Origin: Amoebophrya sp. A120
Taxonomy: Eukaryota > Protista > Dinoflagellata
DNA length: 64,000 nt
Reading direction: 5' to 3'
Assembly (NCBI GenBank): GCA_905178155.1
Contig: CAJINV010000008.1
Span: forward strand, 3,398,013-3,462,012
Of this stretch, positions 1 to 11,300 are shown piece after piece; position 1 is the stretch's first letter, and each line of letters opens with the position of its first letter. The notes beneath the pieces are model-generated. The model was given only the letters and a program-made list of their open reading frames with translations. It was not told where the DNA came from and searched no databases. Position numbers and translations under genes: made by a program.

Positions 1-604
1 CGTGCCAGAGCGAGTTTATGTGCTTTGCGGACGGGGACCCTGCGCTTAGTTCGTCCGTGCCATCTGCCGGGGATGAACCCGCATAATTTGTGCTTGTTGA
101 CGTCGTTGCGGTGGTGGAAACTGCACTGCCGCCGCTGGCGTTATGCCGTAGTATTGCGTCCTTGAAGAACAGAGTTTTCCGGTTCTGCCGTACGAAAGAG
201 ATCGCGAGGTAGTGCGCCCCGGAGGCCGCGTTCAGACAAACGTCCTTGGCGAAGGTGAGCGCCGCCTGGCCGTCGAACGGGGGAAGGCTAGTAGTCTTGG
301 CGGGCTCCTGCTGCATAGACGGCGATGAGGTTGTCCTTGCCGCGCCGGAGAGAGCAGCGGAACCTAGAAGGGGCGACTCGTGCAGGTGCCCGGCAGTTCC
401 TTTTTCCGGCGACTGCTCCGATGATTCCCCGGCGGGCGATCCCGACTCGCCGGCGCCATCCCGCGGCTCCGTTGCGCTTGGCGACACGGTTGTGGCGTTT
501 TTTCTCTTGGCGCCCTTTTTGTTCTTGTTCGCGGGGGTCACCTTGGGAGTGGCGGGGGCCGTCGCCGGCTGCTGCACCTGCGGTTCAGCGGCACTTGCCG
601 TCAT
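1..604 (-). CDS. 5' part of a hypothetical protein gene, truncated by the window edge
   Basis: ATG at 604-602 opens a stop-free frame to position 2 (MTASAAEPQVQQPATAPATPKVTPANKNKKG...LTFAKDVCLNAASGAHYLAISFVRQNRKTLFFKDAIL...). It is absent from the ORF track because no stop falls in the window. No domain recognised. Confidence 0.65.
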   Translation of the reverse strand, partial: MTASAAEPQVQQPATAPATPKVTPANKNKKGAKRKNATTVSPSATEPRDGAGESGSPAGESSEQSPEKGTAGHLHESPLLGSAALSGAARTTSSPSMQQEPAKTTSLPPFDGQAALTFAKDVCLNAASGAHYLAISFVRQNRKTLFFKDAILRHNASGGSAVSTTATTSTSTNYAGSSPADGTDELSAGSPSAKHINSLWH

Positions 605-2394
605 CGGTTCTTGGGGAACGAAGCTATGTATGAGCTGCGAGAAAAATTTGCCCTAGAAAAATTCCGCGCACAGATTTTCCTCTTCGTGTTGCCCCTTCTG
701 GGCGGGTACGTTGATCTCTCGTCTAGAGCCGGACTCTACTAACCCTACAACCTTGGAAACTACTTTCGATTTACTTCTGCAGCTACTTATTGGAAGGGAG
801 AAGCACTCTAGGGATTCAGACCTGGTTGCAAAAAAGTTCGGATCTTTCGGCTTACCGGATTCTGGAACAGCGGTATTTAGTTTCATCAATCGCGTTTACC
901 GCACGTACTTCGATCGCGTAGCTTCGGATAGCAAAAAACTTCAACAAAGAAACAAAACGGCGATCTTGAATCTACACGCAGAAAACAAACAGGCCACGCG
1001 GCAGAGAATACAAATCAGCGCTGTTCTGCGGGGAAGAGCGGAACACATGGCGCGAACCGCGAGTGTGCATATAGCCCGAGCGCCGCCACTACAGAAAATG
1101 CTGCGCCGCTCCGGCCGGCCCGTTTTATTATGTCCGACGCGGCTAGCAGAATGGCACACCGTCTGGCCCTGATAAGAAGCAGCGCCCGGAGAGCGGGGCG
1201 AAGCGCAGTCGACCCTCGACTGAAGCACGAGAACCCGAACAGCGGCACCGAAGGCCGCACGAGGGGGGGTTGGCACCGAAAACACGAAGACACCATCGCA
1301 GAGAACCCCCAACAAGCCTCAACCGAAGGTCGACCAAGCGACGAGCCGCTCTCCCGAGCTGCCAAAGTGTGTGCCGCGGGAGGACAGCGCAAGCACTGCT
1401 CCCGGCACACCTACGGTGTGCGCAAACTACCAACCAGCTGCGGCAATGGCACATGCCTGCATGACACACGAAGGAAAACAACACAGGCTACACAGCCGTA
1501 AACCGAATGGCCTGAACCTTTGACAGGCCCTGAAACAGAAACTGACCGGCAGGGCCCCCCGAAAGGGGCCAAAGGGAAGAGACAGTGACGCGCCCAGCGT
1601 CTTGCACTGATTGCTGGCGCGCGCTGACCACAGCCTGGCGCCATCACAGCAAACTAACCTAAAGCACGGACTGCAGTCGCATGCTGGAGACAGAGACAGC
1701 ATCTAGGACCGGATAAAGCCAGTAGCAAACGCCCTCAAACGTCTTCAAAGGCCAGAAAGTGCAGGTCGCGCAAGCGCCTCGCAGCACAAATGTCGTAGGC
1801 GCCCCACGAGACACAGCACGTGCTGGGTTGTAGCGCAAAACTGGCAACAGCGCCGGCACCTACGGCCGCCTGAAGACGCCTCCCACCGTTGCATGCCCCA
1901 AAATACGCAAGCGTGCGTGTTGTAGGCGAGGGCGCATAGAAAAAGCCAGGCGCGACCAGCGTGGCCTGCGAGCCTGTACGAACAACATGCCGACCCCAAA
2001 GCACAGCGAGACAAGACGGCGTCGCAGCCTCGCTCTGGCGTTGGCAAGAGATGCGAAAACTTCTGTCAACAGCCATCAACCAAATTTGCAACGCCAATCG
2101 CAGAACCGGGTGGGCGGGGTGGGAAAGAAAAAACGCGCAGCAACGAATCTGCGACCGTAATTCTCCCTGCTGCCCTTTTCTGGAGGTGGAGCTGCAACTG
2201 CAGCCCCCTCCAGCAAATATACAAAATAGCCCAGAAAGGGCAGAACCAACAAACAGCGGCCAGGCAGCAGCCTGGCAACCTGACCAGGGTGGCCCGTTTG
2301 GGCCTATCTCCATGCCGGTCGGCAGAATAAAACTGCAGGCTCGTCCCTCGCCGCTTCACGCCGCGGGCACCGGCGGACGGGCGCGGGCGCGGGC

Positions 2395-3330
2395 ACCGGC
2401 GCGCCCAAAAAATCGGCGGCCGCGCGTCCCGGGCGCGAAAAAATCGTAGGCCGCGCGTCCGGGGCGCAAAAAAATCGTGGGCCGCGCCTCCGGGGCGCAA
2501 AACAATTGTTGCTTGCGCGTCCCAGGCGCAAAACCATTGCCGGCCGGGCGTCCCGGGCGCAAAAAAATCGGCGGCCGGGCGTCCTGGGCGCAAAAAAATC
2601 TGCGGCTCGGCGTCCTGAGCGCAAAAAAATCTGCGGCTCGGCGTCCTGAGCGCAAAAAAATCATTGGCCGCGCGTCCCATATGCAAAAAAATTGTGGGCC
2701 GCGCGTCACGGGCACAAAAAAATCGTCCGCTGCGCGTCTTGGGCGCAAAAACATCGTTGGTTGCGCGTTGCGGGTGCAAAAAAATCGTTGGCGACGGGTC
2801 CCACGTGCGCAAAAATTGTCGGCAGCCGGTCCTGGGCGCAGAAAAAATGTCTGCGGCGCAAATGGAGCGCAGAAAAATCCTCTGCCACACAAACGCAACG
2901 CAAAAAAATTGTCGGTCACGCATGCGGCGCGCAAAAAAATCATCAATCGCACGCTCATGGTGTAAAAAGATTATTGGCCACGCGTCCACGGAGCAAGAAA
3001 AATCATTGGCCGCGTGTCTGAGGCGGAAAAAAATCATCCTCCATGCGTCTGGGGCGCAAAAAAATCGTCGGCCACACGTCTGGGGCGCAAAAAAATCGCC
3101 GACTGCGCGTCCACGACGCAAGGTTGCACCTCTAGGACGCAAAAAAATTATCAGTTGCGCGTCTAGGGAGCACGAGAATTGTCGGTCACGCGTCTCGGCC
3201 CCAGAAAAGCCGTCAACTACGTGTCTGGATTGTACGATAGTGGCTGGCTGTGCGTCCGGGAGCCGAAAAAACCGTCGGCCGTGCGTTCGAAATGCAAGAA
3301 AGTGGCTGGCTGCGCGTCCAAAATTGGCAA
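2395..3330. repeat. Degenerate ~31-bp GC-rich tandem repeat with one A5-A7 tract per unit, about 30 copies
   Basis: Consensus is approximately GGGCGCAAAAAAATCGTCGGCCGCGCGTCCN (e.g. 2431-2460, 2461-2491). Copies decay towards 3330. Confidence 0.9.
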
Positions 3331-4495
3331 ATAGGGAAACCGTCCCACTTGTTAGCACTATGGGACACGCGGGGCGTCCTATCAGGCCCGGTGTTCCGAT
3401 CAGGAGCGCCATCGACTTCGCGCATAATAGTTTAGGCGCTGCCCATCTATTTAACTCATCACAAAAGCACCGCACACCCCCGGGCGCCAATGTAGGAGCG
3501 CCCGCTGCCTGCCTGTGAATCGCGTGGCCCCTCGAGAACGAGCTGGGTGCGTTCAGGGATCCTTTCAGGCGCGCTGGTTGCCCGCCGGGGCCCGCAAGGA
3601 CGCGGCGCCCGACAGCTGGAAGCGCAAAAGAATCGCCGTCCGCCCCACAGGACCGCTGTCGAGGCGCGCAGGGAGGACTAAAAAGGTCCTGTGACCATGC
3701 GGGGGCTGCTTGGCAGTCGCTGCGCGCGCTAGGAGCGCGAAACAGTCCCCGTCTTTGCGCCGGGAATGCGGGAACGCGCACCGTCCGTGTGCCTCGGGTG
3801 TCAGTGAGTCGCGGTCTGCGTGCGGGGAGCGCCACAAATTCGCTACCCGCGCGCCACCGGCGCAATGAAGTCGTCAACTGCGAGCCGGGGCCCGCCCGCA
3901 CCGAGCCTCGCTCTGTGTTTGTGAAGCAGGCAAGAACCTGTGTCCGCGCGTCGGGAGTACCGAAGCGTCTCCGTTCGTCTTATGGCCGCGGTAAAAGGTT
4001 GCCGCCGCGCACCGCTGAGCCCCGGAAATTACCGCTTGTCCCCCGATGGGGCCAACAAAAACGCGCAACGACGGCCCTTGCAGTCGCCCACGACCCCTAT
4101 CCGTGCAGCGGGGGCCCTCGAGTTTACTCGCCAGGACGCAGGACCATAGAAAATATGTCCGCTGCTGTCGCTGCCGGAGGACCTAACTCGCGCGCCTCGA
4201 CGAATTCCGATTGCATGCGCCGCTCCGGCGCTCGCCCTACTTCCGGCAGAGAGCCGGTGAGCCCGGACGTGCTTCTCGCTGCCGGGCCGTCTTCCTTCTT
4301 GCTCGGAGGCGGGTCACGAAAGAACAGGTGAGCCGGATCGCCAAGCGACGCTCGCACAACGGGGGTGGAGACGCCTCGCCTGATCGATCGGTTTGCTTGC
4401 CTGGGCAAGTGTGCTAAATCTTACCACTAGAAGTGTGGAGTAGAGAGACATCACGCGGCTTCTTTCTCTTTTCGCGATACGGTACGCAAGCCGAA

Positions 4496-7400
4496 ATGGG
4501 CGGCGTCGTTTGGTCGGTGGCCCCGGCCACGCGCCAGTTCAACAGGGCGCGGAGACATGAAAATCCTTCGGCCAGCATCGAGGACACGATTCCCAGCCTA
4601 CCTCCCTTACCGCCCGGCTTCGGGAAGCCACTGCTGAAGCACTACAGTTTCAAGCCGGGGTACCGCAACCTGAACCACGGGAGCTGGGGCGCCGTTCCCG
4701 TGGCGGTGCAGGAAGCGACCGCAGCAAATACCGACATGAAAAGTGCCCCGACGCAAGACCGCGAACACCGTTTGCATACAAAACTTATCCACTCTGTTGA
4801 GCATCACGGTCGGTTAAGCATCACACAACTTTGTATAGTGGGATGGGTATTTCTCTGCCACCTTGCATGTAAGTATGTATCACCAGGAAGGTCTAGAGCA
4901 CACATCTATCAATCTCGTTGCAGGAGAGTTTGTCTTAAAGACCCAGCGACAGTGGGGCGACCGTCATGTGACACGTGCCTTGCGCGGCGCTTCCTGCAAA
5001 TCCAAAACTCGTCACTTCGACACTGTGAATTATCAGAAATGTTTTCCATTTCCAGGGGAGGGACACTTTTGAACAGGATCGCAAAGCGGGCTTTGATGGA
5101 AGCCGACCCGGAGAGTGTGTTTCGCTATCCCTTCGACGCGGACCCGAGCGGGACGATGGACGCCCGTTCTAGTAAACCACCTTGGTCTAGCAATACGTAC
5201 GCAGCGACGAAAAGCAGTTGTGATCTGCACGGAGCGGGAGACTCCTCCGTGCCCATGCATGACAGTCACGTGGAACCGCTGGACCCGAATCACATTTCCG
5301 TGTGGATGCGGGAGGGCCTGGAGGCCTTCGCGTCGGTTGTTGGTCTTACCCGAGCGGGAAAACTTACCATAGAATCGTTTGATGCAAAACGCAAAACGCG
5401 CAGAAAGACCTCTTATAACGGGTGAGTAGATGACCGCGGCAGGCTGGTCCTGGTATGTTGCCAGACTATTCGTTTCTACATGTTATGATACAGACTACTT
5501 GCATCAAATATATACGAAGCAGTTTTCTTCCACCGCATAGGCGTGGAGGATCCGGCGGACCGGAAGAATGCCGTGCTGGTGCCTAACGCGACGTACGCCG
5601 CTAACTGCGTGATTCAATCAGTGGTACAGTCTCGGGACCACGCCGTTCTGTACTTCGACGTGATTTACGGAAGCCTCTTGGAAATTTTCCAGTCCGTCGT
5701 GCCCGACGTGGCAGGCCGACACTTTGTCGTGCCGATTCGCAAAGTGCTGCTCGAGGACGTGCGTGCCCGCCGCGGGTTGTGCGGAACGGGAACCGCAGCT
5801 CGTACAAGAACAACTCCGGGGATTTGTTTTCATCGTCAAGAAGACACCAACTTCTCCTCGTCTTGCTCCGGAATCACGACGGCGCACCACGACGAGATAA
5901 TATCAACCGACGCCACAAATTACGAGCAACAACCTCCTGCGCAAGCGGATCGCATGTCAAAGCGTCCGGGAGGTGAGAAAGATTTTACGGAACAAGTGCA
6001 GATCGTACCCTTGCGGTCCAGAATTCTCGCTGCGGTGAGGGAAACGCTGCAGATGGCAGAAAAGCAGAAGAAGAAGATTCGTCTGGCCAGTTTCGACCAC
6101 ATCTCCTGCATCCCAGCGATCAGGTTTCCCGTGGAAGAGGTCGTGCAGCTTTGCAAAATATCAAATGGAGATTAAATGATGTCGGGGCCTGGAAAGTTGT
6201 GATGCTGACTTGTGCATGATGCTGAAATAAACACTTCGGAATGCAGCTAAGCATCACAAGTTTGCGAGAACGATTTCATCTCATACGCTGCATGAGAAGC
6301 TGCGTTTTTGTACCTAAATGACAAAACACGGCGCGGCTGATGTTGGTCATACAATACAGATTGCACAAGCACAAGAATCTAACACCAGCACTACAAGTTC
6401 CAACTTTGTTCCAGAACCAAGCTGCATATAATTTACGAATGCATACAAAACGGAGTTTCGGCACGTTGTCGACTACGTACAGATAGACGGCGCGCACGCG
6501 CCCGGACAGATTCCGGATCTGGACGTGCGTAAAATCAATGCGGATTTTTACTTCGGCAACGCGCACAAGTGGCTCAGTGGCGCGCGGTCCTGTGCGCTGC
6601 TCTATGTGAAAAACCCGATCATTTATTTTCCTCCAGAAGCTGATGCTATACAAGCAGATGGAGAGCACCATCTCAACGTTCACAGAGATCATCCACCGCG
6701 GCAAGAACTACATCTTCAGAGTAAAGGAAAAGACGGCGTTCTTTTGACGGGAAAAAATCCATCGGAAATTCTTGGCGAGGAAGTACCTTCCCGATCGGAC
6801 CGCAAGCCGCGCCTCCTCGTCCGCGACGTCTTGGTTGCGGATAGCATCCCTTCCCCCGCGTTTGATTCGGCTCTGCAAAAGGAGTTTTCGTGGCGCGGCA
6901 CCTCCGACCCGGCAGCGTACTACGGCGTGAAGGCGGGCGTGGACTACCGGCGAAACGTGCTCCAGAAAACCGAAAGGGAGATCTGCGCGTACCAACACGC
7001 GCTGGCGCTTCGCGGATCGGCGATCTTGAAGCGAGCCTGGAAATCGGAAACCATGCCGGCAAATCTCGTTGGGGAAGGAAGGGGTCTTCTACAAGTACCT
7101 GGAGCTAGTACACAGAACAAAACCGGGAAAGGGGAGATCTTCGGTACATATTCTTCGCAGCCCAAGCCATCCTCCAGCTGCCTACAACATGACCTTTTCG
7201 ATGCAGTCCCGGCAGCACGGGAGGACGAAGTTCATTGGGACGTCGAGACGACCGAGAGGGAGTTCGTGCTGGTGAGTGAACACCAAGTCGAGAAAATGAA
7301 CATCACGCGGGAGAGCTGTAAAGACGTGGCGAACAGCCAGCGCACAGATTCCTGTGGTGAAGATGGTGTTGTTGTTGGCCGCGGTGAAGTAGATGTTGTG

Positions 7401-7838
7401 GTTGGCCGCGGCGCATCAACTACTGCTCCCTGCGCGGGACTACATCAGGTTCTTAGCACCTCCGAGGATGAAAACGACTCGGACCTCCTCGGCTGTCTGT
7501 TCAATGTGCGGCTTCCGTATTCGCGCAAGCTATTTTTCCCGCACCGGAAAATAATGAATGCAAATGCTGAGAGCAAAAATAAACGACCTGGAACGACCTC
7601 AGCGGAAGTAGAAGTCGTCAGCAGTTGTGCACAAGACGAGGACTTTATCGACCCTGCGGCGTACCACCTGGGAACACGGCTGCGTACCGAATACAGCACC
7701 TGGGTACCGTACACGAAATTGCAGGGGTTGGACGGACAGATGGAGTTTTGGGCGAGGATTTCTGCTGCCATGTACACAGACGAAGCGGACTTTCACTACT
7801 TAGCAAACGCGGTGCTGGAAATTCTCGAGCTGAAATGA
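4496..7838 (+). CDS. Aminotransferase class V PLP-dependent C-S lyase (L-cysteine desulfhydrase / hercynylcysteine sulfoxide lyase Egt2 / CefD-like)
   Basis: Exons ~4496-4728, 5086-5342, 5541-6158, 6451-7838. Motifs LNHGSWGAVP, PNATYAAN, FDHISCIPAIRFPV, IDGAHAPGQI, DFYFGNAHKW (PLP lysine), WRGTSDP, WARISAAMY. Intron 5343-5540 is GT-AG; the other two are non-canonical. Confidence 0.85.
4729..5080. mobile_element. Introner with decayed termini
   Basis: TSD GCAAA at 4724-4728 and 5081-5085. Ends are TAC...ATC, with IR core AAAAGTGCCC / GGGACACTTTT. Removal gives VQEATAAKRALMEADP. The intron is in frame and stop-free, so the ORF track reads through it. Confidence 0.65.
6159..6445. mobile_element. 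Introner
   Basis: TSD CAAAA at 6154-6158 and 6446-6450, ends TAT...ATA, weak TIR, internal TTGTGATGC and GCATCACAA. Removal gives VQLCKTEFRHVVDYVQIDGAH. Confidence 0.8.
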
Positions 7839-8319
7839 TGAGTAACCTCAGTTACGACGTCTTACAAAACATTTTCTTTTCCATACTTGCTTCTGCAAAT
7901 ATTTGAAAAGAGGTCGGGCTAGAAATGCTACACTCTTGGTGCTGTTGTAGCAGTGACGTATGAGCGGGCGGGTTGAAAAATATGTTGTACAACTCGGTGG
8001 TGCCACGATAATTTGAGAGAACGCCTAAATTCAAAAACTGACCTTTGGAGTCGAGTGCATCAAAGTGCGGTGGCGCAACAGGGTAGACAAACTTTGTCCT
8101 GTCGTGCGGGAACAAAACGCACCGCGAGATGGGTAAGGAAGACGGGCTAGCGTTTAGTACGTACAACTTCTAGCGACGTACCTTTATCTGGTTACTGCGA
8201 AATAAACCTTTTAGCGTATACTCAAAATCCAGACCGTTGTAGCGTTTATTGCAGGGTCGTGCAGCTGCGCTGAATAAAGCTCGAGTCCTCAAGCGACGAC
8301 TCGAAGTTGTCCCGAATTT

Positions 8320-11300
8320 ATGTCGTTTTTCGCAGCCTGCGCGCAGCGGGTTTGCGGGAAGGGAAAGCAGAACCGAACGGGCGACGGAATGACTTCCCAC
8401 GGGAAAAAAGCCGGGTTCTTCCAGACGTTGCGGGATGGCAAAAAGCTCCACGAGCGCATTTGCCTGAATGCGGTCCTGCGGCCATGGCGGACGCTGTTGC
8501 AGATCACGCTCACCTGCATCGTGCTGTACGTGCTAGCGCTGGTCACGAAGAACTATTACCCCACCGGGCTATGAGAGTGCACAACGCCCCCTCCCCCTCA
8601 TTTGTAATGCCAAATACCAAATCCACGTCTTGCCTTCGAGCACAGCTTGCATGACAAATTTTGAACCCTCAAACAGTACTATAATCCGTCTGCAGATTTG
8701 TCATGCGGATGTCACATTTCTGGCGTTGCTTGTGTTGCTGCTCATGCCATTCATATGAGGGGGAGGGGGAGTTGTGCACTGTCATGCGGGTCCGTCGAGG
8801 TGGAAAAAAACGTCAACATTTGGCGGCCGAAGTCGCACAAGCTGATGCAGGACCAGCATGCGTTCGAGGCGGTGACGGCCTGGACGCCTTTGTGGAAGGA
8901 GGCAAGCGAGGAGTTCGAAACCGACGCGGAGCGGCACCGTCGCTTGGCCGCCGCTTTTCCCGCCGTCAATCCCGAAGTGCAAACCGCCCTGCACGGCCCC
9001 GCGCCGTCCGCAGCGAGTCAGAATTTCGGCGGCAACGCGCAAATCGTGTACAAGACCAAGGGTGGCAATTATCAAAATGAAAAGCTGGCGCAAGTCACGT
9101 TCTGAAGTACAAAGAATCTGCTGTTTTGGAACGTTTTCAAAAAGCGACTTGCTGTTTTACATGAAAGACCTGCGGGCCTTCTTATCGCTAAAATGGAACG
9201 GAGGCTGTGAAACAAGCATCTCCACTTCCGCAGCAAATGCTCCGGCTGCAGTGCAGCTAGGGTAGGTCTTCGCAACGCAAATTGTTGCTCTACTTCTGCG
9301 TCGAAAATTTGTGCTATAGTGGTACGAAAAATGTGTGGCACTTGAGTCCTCCTTGTGCTCCCAAGCTCTGGCGTACTTAATATGTGCGCTTTCTTTCATT
9401 TCGATACCAACTCTAACGTGTTTACAAGGGGGAATTTGTACGCCATGTGCCGGTTGGAGCAGCTGTGGTACACGTGGAACGATTTCGATGACGGTGCCAG
9501 TGGGAAGGACCGCTTCCTCCAGTCACACACGCGGCTGTCGAACCTGCTGGTGCAAAGTTTCGTCAGTCCGGGGAAAACGCTCAGCCAAAACGACCCCAAC
9601 GCCTTTCCCGCGTCCGATTGCGACTTGATCTTGGCGAAGTCGCAGGCGGAAGTTGACGTGGCGGTGAAAGAACGAATCTTCGACCTATCCGGGCGCAGAA
9701 GTCAGAAGTCCTCTTCTTTTCAGTGCGATCTCGTCCGTCGACTGCTGATGATTGAATGAAAGCGCCATGGTGAGCAGCAACTGCACCGGCAGCGACAGCG
9801 CTGCAACACAAGCTTGCAGAGGGCAACTTATCTTTTTTCTACGAACAACTGCAAAGTTGTAGTCCTATCGAACGATAGGGAGGTGCATCGACGTCATCTG
9901 GAGTTTATCATGCAAGATTGTGCGTAAAATGGATATGGAACTTTTCGTTTTGGGCGGCGTTATTTTTTGCTTGAGACATTTATCTTGTAAGTGAACGTGA
10001 ACCAATGATTGTCAGAGAGGGACTCGTCCTGCTTCTGCCCTTCCATACGACCGGTACGAGGTAGACAACCAGGCGCAGTTTGGGTTTTTCCTGGACAAGA
10101 ACTTCAGTGCCATGACCACCACGCCGAAATTCACGTCGTTGACCCGTTCGGGGTTCCAGGAGCTGTCCGGCGATTTTGCGAAAGCCGAGGACGCGCTGAA
10201 AAGCCTGCAAGCGTTTTTGAACGTCGAGTCGTCCTTTTTCCAACCCTTGTTCGTCGTGGACGACAAGGAGCACAAGTTTGTCCCCATGCCGCAATTTGCG
10301 CAGGCCGCGAACAACCTGGAGGTGCGCATCTTCGATCCGGCGCTGGCCAACGCGGCGGGCCGCATGCTGAACCTCGGCCGCGACCTGGGCGTCGGACTGC
10401 CGATCACGTTTCTGATCGTGTGGGCGATCATTTTCTCCTTCACCAACCACAGCAAGTTCTGCGCCTCGTTCGTGCTCGTCTTCGTGTTTCTCTCCATGCT
10501 CTCCGGCTACACGGGCTACTACCTGCTTGCGCGGCTGGCCTATATGGAGCCCTTCATGTCGCTCACCCTGTTTCTCATGCTCGCGGTGGGCGCCGACGAC
10601 TTCTTCGTGATCTGGGAGGCGGTGCGGCTGGAGCGGGCGCAGGCGCGACAAGACGCCAAGGAAATCCTGCCGCAGATCGAGGTGCTGACCGCGATGCTGG
10701 AAAATTATGAGCTCCCGGTCACCGCGATCAAGTTGCCCCAGGAGTTGGTGCTGCGGCAGAGGGATAAAATGAAGCTGACGCGCCAGATGTTGAGCGGTGA
10801 GGTACAAGTGAAAGATTCTTCTTCGGCGGCAGGCGTTTCGGACGGTCTTTCTTCTCCTGTTAGCATCGATAGTACAAGAACTGCCGAAAGCAGGCAGATC
10901 GAAATTTACCTGGCTTTGTACCGGGGATCGCAGCGCGCCGCGGCCAGCATGATGGAGACCAGTTTGACGACGGCCTTGGCGTTTTTTTCCATGGCGAGCT
11001 CCAACGTGCCCCCCATCGCCAGTTTCGGCATGTTCGCGGCCTTCATGATTCTCGGCAGCTACGTGCTCGCGGTGCTGTGCTTCCCCTCGGTATCGTGAGT
11101 AAAAACGTCCCCACACCAGAGTTGTAATGCAAATCTGCATGCTGAAAATGTTTCTCATGCGGAGACCCATGAGAAGCAGTCTCTAGTCGTGTTGTGGGAT
11201 TTGTGATGCTAGAATCAGCATGATATGCTAGATCTGTGATGCTGCTGAACAAGCTAAACAGGATTACACTGCGAGGCCAAACTTGTCATGCGCAGCAGCA

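Noticed and set aside
2395-3330. CRISPR array
   Set aside because: Head-to-tail degenerate units with no unique spacers, no cas genes, and a eukaryotic context.
2066-3901. 611-aa minus-strand ORF and overlapping ORFs in other frames
   Set aside because: They arise from the stop-poor GC-rich satellite; the translations are repetitive in all frames.
9980-11170. Long antisense ORFs (also 21497-22366, 59528-60160, 61752-62600)
   Set aside because: They shadow GC3-rich plus-strand exons that have recognisable domains.
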